Positions 7,662 through 15,948 of a stretch of 33,176 nt of DNA are shown piece by piece (positions within the stretch are counted from its first letter, which is position 1; each line of letters starts with the position of its first letter). The notes under the pieces are model-generated. The model ran no database searches. It worked only from the letters and a program-made list of their open reading frames with translations, and was not told the DNA's origin. This DNA comes from Actinomycetota bacterium. Lineage in GTDB: Bacteria; Actinomycetota; Humimicrobiia; Humimicrobiales; Humimicrobiaceae. The stretch is from assembly GCA_016870675.1 (NCBI GenBank), contig VGAU01000001.1, forward strand, positions 1 to 33,176, read 5' to 3'. The position numbers and the translations under genes were made by a program.

Positions 7662-8580
7662 GGTCGTTGGTTTAAAAAAAAGTTATGGCCGTCTGGAAGC
7701 ATTGAAATCTATCAGCTTTGAGGTTGAAAAAGGCTCAGTATTCGGGTTTATTGGACTAAATGGCGCTGGAAAAACCACCACGATGAATATCCTGACCGGT
7801 TTGATTAGATTTAATGGAGGTAAAATATTCATTAAAGGTAAGGATTTTTTAAAAAATAAGCAGGAACTGATAAGAACAATTGGATATCTGCCTGAGACCC
7901 CAACCTTTTATAATTATATGAATGCTTATGAGTATTTAAATTTCATTGCCAGAATTATAGGATGCGATTTAAAAAAAACTAGAAAAAGTGTTGGCAAACT
8001 TCTGGAAATGATTAAATTGACAAAACATGGAAAAAGACGCATTGGTGGATACTCACGGGGAATGAAACAAAGATTGGCGCTGGCAGTAGCATTTATGAAC
8101 AGTCCCGAAATTCTCTTTTTAGATGAGCCTGCATCTGCGCTTGATCCTGAAGGAAGAGTGGAAATGCTGGAGCTTATTGAAAGTCTTAAGGATGATAAAA
8201 TCACTATTTTTCTGTCCACACATATTTTAAATGACGCAGAGAGAGTATGTGACAAAATATGCATTATAGATGAGGGTAAAATACTTTTGACTAAAAATCT
8301 GTCCCAGTTATACGAAACCTATATACAGCCTATTTTTGATGTTGAGTTTGAAGAAGACCCTGAGGAGGCGGTCAATTCACTAAAAAAACTTAGCTGGATT
8401 GAAAGTATTAAAGAAAATGGCCGGAGAATAAGCATATATGTTAAAGACATAGATCACGCCAAAAAAGAAATATTAAAAGAGATTTCAAAACTTAATACCA
8501 ATGTTACCAGTTACCAGATCAGAAAAAGCACACTGGAAGATATTTTTATGAGAATGGTAAGTAAAAATGAGATCATTTAA
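7654..8580 (+). CDS. ABC transporter ATP-binding protein (ABC-2/DrrA-BcrA-like)
   Basis: Walker A GLNGAGKTT, signature YSRGMKQRL, Walker B ILFLDEP, H-loop STHIL, and a ~90-aa C-terminal extension. Confidence 0.92.
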   Translation: MIKVVGLKKSYGRLEALKSISFEVEKGSVFGFIGLNGAGKTTTMNILTGLIRFNGGKIFIKGKDFLKNKQELIRTIGYLPETPTFYNYMNAYEYLNFIARIIGCDLKKTRKSVGKLLEMIKLTKHGKRRIGGYSRGMKQRLALAVAFMNSPEILFLDEPASALDPEGRVEMLELIESLKDDKITIFLSTHILNDAERVCDKICIIDEGKILLTKNLSQLYETYIQPIFDVEFEEDPEEAVNSLKKLSWIESIKENGRRISIYVKDIDHAKKEILKEISKLNTNVTSYQIRKSTLEDIFMRMVSKNEII

Positions 8581-9334
8581 AGCTTATTTTAAAAAAGAGA
8601 TATTGGAGTCTGTTAGAGGAAATAAATACCTGATTTTATTTGTAGGTACTATTTTCTGGGCTCTAATGGATCCATTGATGTTAAAGCTTTTACCTTTAAT
8701 TCTAAAAAATTATTTACCTGCTGACCTGATTGTTCTATTTTCCACTTTTAACCGCGATACAGCTTTCCAGACTTTTCTAAATGATTTATTTCAAATTGGA
8801 ACAATTATTATTGCATTAACCTTAATGGGACTTCTTTCCAATGAAGTTTCTTTAAAAAAATTAGTCTTTCCTTATTCCAGGGGAGCAAGCCCTGCAGGTG
8901 TTGTACTTGCAAAATATATCCACTATACGATTACAATTTCTCTTTTTATACTAATAGCCTTCCTGACTAATTATTTTTATATTAACAGGCTTTTCACCGG
9001 AGGGATGTTATCAATTGAAATTGCGCTAAAATCATCTCTTCTATATATCTTATATTATTCCGTATTGTTATCCATACTTTTATATTTTAGCAGCCTATTT
9101 AAAAGAGGTTTAATTGCCGGGATTTCAGTACTTGTTCTTGGATATAGTCTGAGCATTTTCAATCAGTTTGAGACTATAAGAGTATACCTCCCCAATTACC
9201 TGCTTTTTAAGGCAGCAGATATCGGGCATATTTTTGATAATTCCTTGATTCCCACTGTCATCATTTCATTCTGTATCATCATACTCCTGGTCTTCTTTTC
9301 AATCCTGCGTATGAAAAAAATTGATGTCGCCTGA
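8567..9334 (+). CDS. ABC-2 type transporter permease
   Basis: 255-aa ORF overlapping the ATPase gene by 14 nt. About 6 predicted hydrophobic helices and no other recognisable motifs. Confidence 0.8.
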   Translation: MRSFKAYFKKEILESVRGNKYLILFVGTIFWALMDPLMLKLLPLILKNYLPADLIVLFSTFNRDTAFQTFLNDLFQIGTIIIALTLMGLLSNEVSLKKLVFPYSRGASPAGVVLAKYIHYTITISLFILIAFLTNYFYINRLFTGGMLSIEIALKSSLLYILYYSVLLSILLYFSSLFKRGLIAGISVLVLGYSLSIFNQFETIRVYLPNYLLFKAADIGHIFDNSLIPTVIISFCIIILLVFFSILRMKKIDVA

Positions 9335-9483
9335 ATATCATAAATTGAAACGAAGCTGATAGATTTTATTATTAAATCAATAAGTTTTGGAGTAGGTAAA
9401 AGTTTAAAAGAAATCAACAATTGATTGGGACAGTTCCTTAATAACCTGACTTTCAAATATAAGTAGAATTTTAAATAATATTT

Positions 9484-9544
9484 AGCAGATAAAAGAAAAG
9501 GCTTCTACAACCAGAATAAAAACTTTGCCACTCTTTTATCTGCT
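9484..9544. terminator. 13-bp perfect inverted repeat (AGCAGATAAAAGA ... TCTTTTATCTGCT) with a 35-nt loop; possible bidirectional terminator
   Basis: Arms at 9484-9496 and 9532-9544, read directly. It lies between the convergent permease gene (stop 9334) and the RRM gene (stop 9594). Confidence 0.3.
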
Positions 9545-9593
9545 ATTGGATTAACCTATTGTTATACCGAATTTTGATTATTTCTTAATAATC

Positions 9594-9860
9594 TTAATAT
9601 CTTCGATATTCTCTTTTTGGTCTTTCTCTACGGGGGCGTGCTTCATCAACTTTTAAAGTGCGCCCCATAAAATCACTGCCGTCCAATTCTTCTTTTGCTT
9701 TTTCAGCTTCAGATGAATCAGACATTTCGACAAATCCAAATCCTTTGCCCGGGATTATGTCGATCTGGCTGACTTTACCATATTTAGAGAAGAGCTCTTC
9801 CAGTTGCTCATTAGTAGCAGAATAATCAAGATTCCCTACATATAGTTTGCTACCTTGCAT
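9594..9860 (-). CDS. RNA-binding protein, single RRM domain
   Basis: 88 aa. RNP2 KLYVGNL, RNP1 KGFGFVEM, an Arg-rich tail RPRRERPKREYRRY, and a GGAGG SD. Confidence 0.9.
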   Translation of the reverse strand: MQGSKLYVGNLDYSATNEQLEELFSKYGKVSQIDIIPGKGFGFVEMSDSSEAEKAKEELDGSDFMGRTLKVDEARPRRERPKREYRRY

Positions 9861-10204
9861 TTTTTCTAACCTCCTTTTTCTTATTTCTTCAAGTCTAATA
9901 ACATTGCCTTTGGAGGTAGAAGCAAGATATTTGCTCTATCACTATGAAGGAACATTATTAAACATAAAAATATTAAGTATTATAACTTTTTTTATAAAAT
10001 ATAGCTAACGAAAGTTTAGATACGTAAGCATTTAAAATTTCGTGATAGATTTTCATTAAATCTCTTACCCCAGTAACTTTCCCATTCACCATTTATCTTA
10101 AGCAGTCTTAAGCTCCTGAGCCTCTTTACCAAAGGCAAGGCATATATTTTTCTTTAGATGCCAAAGGTCAAGCAGATAAATGGATGCTGGAAACATTTCC
10201 AACT

Positions 10205-10990
10205 TCACTCTTCCGGGTATCCAATCGGGATTATATAAAGAGGTATATGATCCCGGGGTAAATCCAATAAATCCTGAATATAACTATCATCAAAAGCGCC
10301 TACAGGGACTGCTCCAAGGCCAAGCGCTACAGCCTGCAGCAGTATATTCTGGCATGAGTGTCCAGCTTCTAAATGTACATATCTTATACCCCTTTCCCCA
10401 TACTTTACTGTAGTTCTTTCGTAAACAGCAGTGATAATTATATTTACTGGAGCTTCTGCAACAAATCCCTGAAAGAGAGCACCTTGTATTAGATTTGGTC
10501 TTAAATCATCTGAACTTAATTTTATAATTTTATGACCATCCGGAATATAGTGAAATACACCATCACTTTTTAATAAAAATATTTCAAGGGGATAAAGCGC
10601 ACCTGCAGATGGAGATGTCCTATAACCGGTAGATTCCTGAGTAATTCCCTGAGCAGCCCAGAGGATCTGTGATATCTGATCAAGACTTAATTCTTTGGAA
10701 GAAAAACTCCTCACTGACCTTCTGCTATTCAAGGCTTCTTCCAGTGAGATATTACTTTTTAATTCAGGCTGTGGAAGCATAATTTCTTCCCCTTTCATAT
10801 TATTTTTTATTTCATCCTCTTCTTCTCCAGCAATGTCTTTTGACTTTTCTTTGATTGTATGAGTGATATAAGAGCTTACCTCGCGTAGTCCATTACAGGA
10901 TATTAATGAAATGAGTAAAGACACCAGGATTAAAAATGTAATCAGCATTTCAAAAGCTAAAGTCAAATTTTTAACTCTCTTATTTCTCAT
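10205..10990 (-). CDS. SagB/ThcOx-type nitroreductase-fold flavoprotein with a lipoprotein signal peptide
   Basis: 261 aa. N-terminal basic region plus hydrophobic core ending in the lipobox L-I-S-C, then an acidic linker. The nitroreductase/SagB-like core follows (RRSVRSF, ILWAAQG, TSPSAGALYP, YVHLEAGH, AVPVGAFDD). AGGAG SD. Confidence 0.85.
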   Translation of the reverse strand: MRNKRVKNLTLAFEMLITFLILVSLLISLISCNGLREVSSYITHTIKEKSKDIAGEEEDEIKNNMKGEEIMLPQPELKSNISLEEALNSRRSVRSFSSKELSLDQISQILWAAQGITQESTGYRTSPSAGALYPLEIFLLKSDGVFHYIPDGHKIIKLSSDDLRPNLIQGALFQGFVAEAPVNIIITAVYERTTVKYGERGIRYVHLEAGHSCQNILLQAVALGLGAVPVGAFDDSYIQDLLDLPRDHIPLYIIPIGYPEE

Positions 10991-11281
10991 AAACTCCTTA
11001 TTAAATATTATACATCAATTGTCCCAAATTATAAGAAGGCAGTATTCTATTCTACCAGAACTATCAGGATAATTTTTTTATAGAATTAAAAACAATATAA
11101 ATCCTTTTATAATACTTATCTAATTTATTACCTTCAATTGATTCAAGAATAGGATGTGCCCCAATCCTGGTACCTAAAATAAGAAAAATTTTATTTCAAT
11201 AAATGCTCACTTCTAAGCTAAAATAAAGTAAACAATATTGTAAAGTTATGTTATATTATATAAATTATAAAATTTTTTTTA

Positions 11282-11923
11282 ATGCTTATGGGAAGCCTGG
11301 AACTTTTTAGAAATATAGGACTGGTAATAACCTGTTATTTCATAGGCGCAATACCTTTTTGCAATATTATTGCAAAAATCCATAGCAATAAGGATTTAAG
11401 AAAAATTGGAGACAGAAATCCAGGTGGATGGAACTTAGTATTTAACGTATCAAAATTTTGGGGATCTTTAGGTATAATCTTAGATGTTCTTAAAGGTTTT
11501 CTACCATATTTTTTAGTTTTAAGAATCACAGGTATAGAAATCGTGGCAATACTTGCCGGGTGTGCTGCCGTAGCCGGTCATAATTATTCTGCATACCTAA
11601 AATTTTCAGGCGGTAGAGGAATTGCAACTACACTGGGATTTCTTCTTGCTATTAATCCCCTGACCATTATAGCTTTTGGAATAGGTATGCTTTCAGCATT
11701 ATTTTCAATTAAAAATATGATCTGGGGAGTAATATCAGGAATTGTTGCATCAAGTATCTTTTTATGGCTCTTTAAAAGTTCGCCAATTTATTTAATCTTA
11801 GGAATTTTACTCATAATAATTATTATTCCCAAATACATTAACCGTTCAATAACAATACCCCATAATTTTAAATTTAGAAAAGAGAAAAGTTTAAAAGATT
11901 TATTTACACCAACTATTAGATAA
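11282..11923 (+). CDS. PlsY-family (G3P_acyltransf) membrane protein, motif-divergent
   Basis: 213 aa and polytopic. Recognisable PlsY blocks (GAIPF..., GDRNPGGWN, GHNYSAYLKFSGGRGIAT), but several canonical motif residues are replaced. Confidence 0.8.
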   Translation: MLMGSLELFRNIGLVITCYFIGAIPFCNIIAKIHSNKDLRKIGDRNPGGWNLVFNVSKFWGSLGIILDVLKGFLPYFLVLRITGIEIVAILAGCAAVAGHNYSAYLKFSGGRGIATTLGFLLAINPLTIIAFGIGMLSALFSIKNMIWGVISGIVASSIFLWLFKSSPIYLILGILLIIIIIPKYINRSITIPHNFKFRKEKSLKDLFTPTIR

Positions 11924-13117
11924 CTACTTATAATTATCGCTTACCAGTCTTAATTCATCTTCTTCCCTGACATCATATATTCTACCTTTCCAGTTTACAC
12001 CCATTCCAATTTTAGTATTGAAGATTGAATTTATGGCTATATATATAAGGTATACCATGGAAATAGGATGTAATATTATATCAACAGCTTTGCATTTGAA
12101 CCTTATAGAAAAAATTATTTTAGGAATTAAAATAATGATTATCTGAAGAATAATAAGATTTATTAATATAGCTGGCCAGTCAAAAAGAATTCCAACAGGA
12201 AGCATTATGAAAGGAAATAAAAATATTGCAGATATCAAAATAATAGCTATCGTTATTATATAAATATTATAATCAAAAGCAGCAAATATAGTTCTGGAAT
12301 GGCCTCTCACTACTTCCCTAAAATTCTTATACATCCGGCAATATAAGCTACTTCTGCCGTCAAAAATCATGAATTTATATCCGCATCTTTTTACCTGTTT
12401 CGATAGCATTATATCTTCAATGACTTTACTTTTTATAGATTTATGTCCCCCAATCTTTTTGTATACCTCTCTCTTAAATAGCATAAACTGGCCTATTGCG
12501 GTACAAAATAATACACTTTTAGACTTTCTTATAAGATAAAGTGGTACAAAACTTAAAATCATATATTTCCCAAATGGTACTATCATTCTCTCATGCAATG
12601 TAACCGTTATCTGTTTTGCAAACACCGACAGCGCATCCAGATTATATCTTAGGAGGCAGGCAACTGAGCTGGATATAGAATTTGGAAAGTGAAGGGTATC
12701 TGCATCAGTAAATATAAAATAATTTCCGTTTGCATATTTTGACAGCTGCCAGCAGGCATAGGATTTACCCAGCCATCCTTTTTTAAGCGGTTCTCCACTG
12801 TATAGTTTTATCCTTGGATCTTTTTGGGAAAGCTCTAATACTATCCTTGCGGTATCGTCTGTGGAGTTATCATCAAGTACAAGTATTTCTATATTTTCGT
12901 AATCCTGTTTTGTAAGGGATATAATACACCTTTTTATGTTTTCTTCTTCATTTCTTGCCGGAATGAGTACAGACATAAGCGGATTTTGAGCCAGTATGTT
13001 TTCGGGCAGCTTAAATCTGGATGTATCCTTAAACAGGATATTGTTTATTAAAAAGTTTACGAGTACGAACAGAAGAATTGCGGTGATTATATACTGGTAT
13101 AATAAAAGTATATCCAT
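11924..13117 (-). CDS. membrane-embedded family 2 glycosyltransferase
   Basis: 397 aa. N-terminal TM helix, GT-A core (VLIPARNEEENI, LVLDDNSTDDT, DxD-type FTDADT), and C-terminal TM helices. Its stop codon directly abuts the plsY-like stop, with zero intergenic nt. Confidence 0.85.
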   Translation of the reverse strand: MDILLLYQYIITAILLFVLVNFLINNILFKDTSRFKLPENILAQNPLMSVLIPARNEEENIKRCIISLTKQDYENIEILVLDDNSTDDTARIVLELSQKDPRIKLYSGEPLKKGWLGKSYACWQLSKYANGNYFIFTDADTLHFPNSISSSVACLLRYNLDALSVFAKQITVTLHERMIVPFGKYMILSFVPLYLIRKSKSVLFCTAIGQFMLFKREVYKKIGGHKSIKSKVIEDIMLSKQVKRCGYKFMIFDGRSSLYCRMYKNFREVVRGHSRTIFAAFDYNIYIITIAIILISAIFLFPFIMLPVGILFDWPAILINLIILQIIIILIPKIIFSIRFKCKAVDIILHPISMVYLIYIAINSIFNTKIGMGVNWKGRIYDVREEDELRLVSDNYK

Positions 13118-13165
13118 ATTTTTAATTTAAAAAAGTAGTTGCAATTATTATACCACAACTAAAAC

Positions 13166-13894
13166 TCATAAGACCATTTTCATTAAGGTTTTGGCATTCT
13201 CTAATGCATAACCCTCTGCATCATTGTTAAAATAGACGTAATTTTCAATATTTTTTTTCAAATTTTTTTTAATTAGTACCGCAATTTTTTTAAGTTCATT
13301 CTCTGAATAACTAGAACAGTAGAGACCTTTAGGACCATGCATTCTTATATAACAAAAATCTCCTGTAATTTTTTCCCTGTAAGGAAATTTAGGAGAACTT
13401 GAAATTACAACAGCACATTTAAACTCTTCCAGTAAATTATATATATCTTTTATAAACCAGCTACTCTCTCTGAATTCAAAGGCAAATCTATTATCTTTTG
13501 GGAGTATTTCTAAAAAATTTTTAAGCCTGGATTTGTCTTCCTTTAAATTGGGAGGCAGCTGAAATAAAAATGGTCCCAATTTTTCCCCAAGCCCTTTTGC
13601 TGCTGTAAGTAGTTTGTCAAGTGCTTCCCTGCAGCTTATAAGTCTTTTAATATGAGTTATATATCTGGAAACCTTTACCGAAAAAAGAAAATCCCCGGAT
13701 GTATTTTTTCCCCAGTTGACAAAAGTCTTGAGTTCAGGCAAATGATAAAAACTGCTGTTTATTTCTACTGTGCTAAACTCTTTGGAATAATAATCCAGCC
13801 ACCGGTTTTTCTTCAAATCTTCAGGATAAAATCTTCCAGCCCAGTGATTATAACTCCACCCGGAAGTGCCTATGTGGATTAAAGAATCATCCAT
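13166..13894 (-). CDS. DUF72 (YecE-like) family protein
   Basis: Signature GTSGWSYNHWAGRFYP near the N-terminus. I prefer the ATG at 13894 (MDDSLIHIGTSGW). The tracked ORF begins at a TTG at 13924. No SD for either. Confidence 0.85.
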   Translation of the reverse strand: MDDSLIHIGTSGWSYNHWAGRFYPEDLKKNRWLDYYSKEFSTVEINSSFYHLPELKTFVNWGKNTSGDFLFSVKVSRYITHIKRLISCREALDKLLTAAKGLGEKLGPFLFQLPPNLKEDKSRLKNFLEILPKDNRFAFEFRESSWFIKDIYNLLEEFKCAVVISSSPKFPYREKITGDFCYIRMHGPKGLYCSSYSENELKKIAVLIKKNLKKNIENYVYFNNDAEGYALENAKTLMKMVL

Positions 13895-14083
13895 TATAAG
13901 GTAATTAAAAAAATAAAAATCCAATTAAATGAGAGAATCAATAAATATGATAACCTAATCCGGGGAAAATTTATATCTAAAAAATAATAATGGAGAAAGT
14001 AATGCCGATATATAACTATTACCTATATATTGCCTATAAAACGTATTTTGTATTTTAAATTTTTACTTATTTCTTAATAGATT

Positions 14084-15076
14084 CTATTTATATATTTTTT
14101 TCATCTCTTCAAGAGTCATTGGCTTATAATCCCCTGCATGACCGGCAGTTCCGAAATCAATCATCTTTCCCTTAACCATCTGGTACACTGCTTCTCTTGC
14201 AGCTCCAAAATATGTCCTGGGATCAAAAGCACTCAGATTCTCGCCAAGATATTTCCTGATGGCACCTGTCATTGCCAGTCTTCCGTCAGTATCCACATTT
14301 ATTTTCCTGATTCCCCTTTTTATGGCTTCCTTGATGCTCTCCATGGGAACACCCATTGTCTTTTCCAGTCTGCCGCCATATTTATTTATAATCTCAATTA
14401 GTTCCTGCGGCACTGAAGATGAGCCATGCATAACAAGAGGAACCCCTGGAATTTTTTCGACAACCTTGTTTATTATATCCATGGCAAGAGTTGGTTTTGC
14501 CTTAAATTTATATGCTCCATGGCTGGTCCCAATGGCAAGGGCAAGCGCATCTACGCCTGTACGCTTTATAAACTTAACTGCCTCATCCGGGTCAGTTAGC
14601 ATCACTTTTTCGGAGCCGACACCATCTTCTATCCCACCAAGTGTCCCCAGCTCACCTTCAACAGACACACCAAACTCATGCGCGTAATCAACAACTTCTT
14701 TTGTTACCCTAACATTTCCTTCAAAAGTTGTAGGAGTCTTGGAATCTTCCTTAAGCGAGCCATCAATCATAACTGATGTAAAGCCCAGTTCTATAGCCTC
14801 CTTACAGGTCTCCAGGCTGTTTCCATGGTCAAGATGGAGTACAATAGGAATATCAGGATTATCCTCAACAGCAGCGGCAGCAAGATATTTTATATAAGCC
14901 ATATTTGTATATTTTAGCGCTCCCCTGCTTGCCTGAATAATCACCGGTGATCTGGTTTCACTTGCAGCTCTCATTATCCCCTGGATCTGTTCCATATTAT
15001 TGACGTTATAAGCTCCCACTCCGTAATTCCCTTTTATGGCTTCATCTAACACCTGTTTCATTGGTACTAGCGGCAT
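14084..15076 (-). CDS. fba: class II fructose-1,6-bisphosphate aldolase
   Basis: 330 aa. Motifs PVIIQAS, LHLDHG, GELG, GTSHGAYK, VMHGSS. GGAGG SD. Confidence 0.93.
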   Translation of the reverse strand: MPLVPMKQVLDEAIKGNYGVGAYNVNNMEQIQGIMRAASETRSPVIIQASRGALKYTNMAYIKYLAAAAVEDNPDIPIVLHLDHGNSLETCKEAIELGFTSVMIDGSLKEDSKTPTTFEGNVRVTKEVVDYAHEFGVSVEGELGTLGGIEDGVGSEKVMLTDPDEAVKFIKRTGVDALALAIGTSHGAYKFKAKPTLAMDIINKVVEKIPGVPLVMHGSSSVPQELIEIINKYGGRLEKTMGVPMESIKEAIKRGIRKINVDTDGRLAMTGAIRKYLGENLSAFDPRTYFGAAREAVYQMVKGKMIDFGTAGHAGDYKPMTLEEMKKIYK

Positions 15077-15294
15077 CGGTCCTCCTTGTAAATATATTTT
15101 TAAAAATCTTTATTATTAATAAGATATACCAGAATAAAATTTTAATAATTATACCATTTAGAAATTTAATTTCTATAAGATTATCTCCCCATCTTCTGAT
15201 ATAAATTCCAGGACTTAAGAAATTTATTATATTATATATAATTCTAAAATTGAATAAGGGTTATATTTCATAAAGATAATAATTCTTTGAACTA

Positions 15295-15323
15295 TTTACA
15301 AAAGATTGCAATATAGATAAAAT
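15295..15323 (+). promoter_or_regulatory. sigma70-like promoter TTTACA-17-TAAAAT for tRNA-Glu
   Basis: Hexamers at 15295-15300 and 15318-15323. The predicted TSS is a few nt before the mature tRNA 5' end at 15334. Confidence 0.45.
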
Positions 15324-15333
15324 TCTATCCTGT

Positions 15334-15409
15334 GGCGCATTCGTCTAGTGGCCCAGGACATGGCCCTCTCACGGCTAAAACAGGGGTTCAAGTCCCCTAT
15401 GCGCTACCA
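15334..15409 (+). tRNA. tRNA-Glu (anticodon CTC)
   Basis: Manual cloverleaf. Acceptor GGCGCAT/ATGCGCT, Glu-type D-arm GTC-TAGTGGCCCAG-GAC, anticodon stem TGGCC/GGCTA with loop CT-CTC-AC, and T-arm AGGGG-TTCAAGT-CCCCT. Discriminator A and an encoded CCA. Confidence 0.9.
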
Positions 15410-15423
15410 GCTTAAAAACCTTT

Positions 15424-15699
15424 TTACTTAAATCTATAGGTGGATTCATTCCTTTTAAGAATCCTTAAAATGATTATTTTTTTATCTTTATCATAAATAT
15501 CATAAATTATTCTGTGAGAATAAAATTTTATCCTAAAAGTGATATCAAATCCCTTTATTTTTCTTACTCCGGAAGGTCTTGGTTCGATTGATAAATCGTC
15601 AATTGCTTTAATAATGCCATTAAAGTTTAATAATTTATTCCTTAACTTTTTGAGATCTCTTTCAGCAGCCGGTGATATTTTAATACTATAGTTATCCAT
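15424..15699 (-). CDS. RelE/ParE-family type II toxin
   Basis: 91 aa. Typical family pattern (Y.I.IS..AERDLKKL, L...P.P.G.KK.KG, FRIKF..HRIIYDI.D.....I.IL.I..R...Y). It starts 10 nt downstream of a small RHH gene. Confidence 0.8.
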   Translation of the reverse strand: MDNYSIKISPAAERDLKKLRNKLLNFNGIIKAIDDLSIEPRPSGVRKIKGFDITFRIKFYSHRIIYDIYDKDKKIIILRILKRNESTYRFK

Positions 15700-15709
15700 A
15701 TCAAATAAT

Positions 15710-15937
15710 CTACAGCTCTTTTTTTAGCTTATCCCAGGATTTTGTCCCACTTTTTTTAACTTCTTTTTGGCTCTTTTTTATTAAAGGAGCTAATTCAAAA
15801 TCTTCATGACTTTCAATCCACTCTATAACTGCCTCAGAGATAATATCACTAGCATTAATATTTCTTTTGGCTGCTTCTACTTTTAAATGTGTATATAAAT
15901 TTTCATTTTTAAATACTACCGTCATTCTTTTACTCAA
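15710..15937 (-). CDS. RHH-type antitoxin (CopG-like)
   Basis: 75 aa. N-terminal beta-alpha-alpha pattern (MTVVFKNENLYTHLKVEAAKRNINASDIISEAVIEWI). Probable TTG start 7 nt after the GGAGG; an in-frame ATG lies 4 codons downstream. Confidence 0.7.
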   Translation of the reverse strand: MSKRMTVVFKNENLYTHLKVEAAKRNINASDIISEAVIEWIESHEDFELAPLIKKSQKEVKKSGTKSWDKLKKEL

Positions 15938-15948
15938 TTATTAACCTC

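Noticed and set aside
10098-10990. SagB-like gene plus a downstream 32-codon ORF as a thiazole/oxazole (TOMM) RiPP cluster.
   Set aside because: There is no YcaO/cyclodehydratase, protease or exporter nearby. The peptide has only one Cys, one Ser and one Thr, and the dehydrogenase is predicted to be exported. This does not fit a TOMM pathway.
11100-11230. A minus-strand frame of about 43 codons (..LGTRIGAHPILESIEGNKLDKYYKRIY..) in the SagB/plsY divergent spacer.
   Set aside because: It has no start codon, no SD and no recognisable family. It is indistinguishable from chance without a database search.
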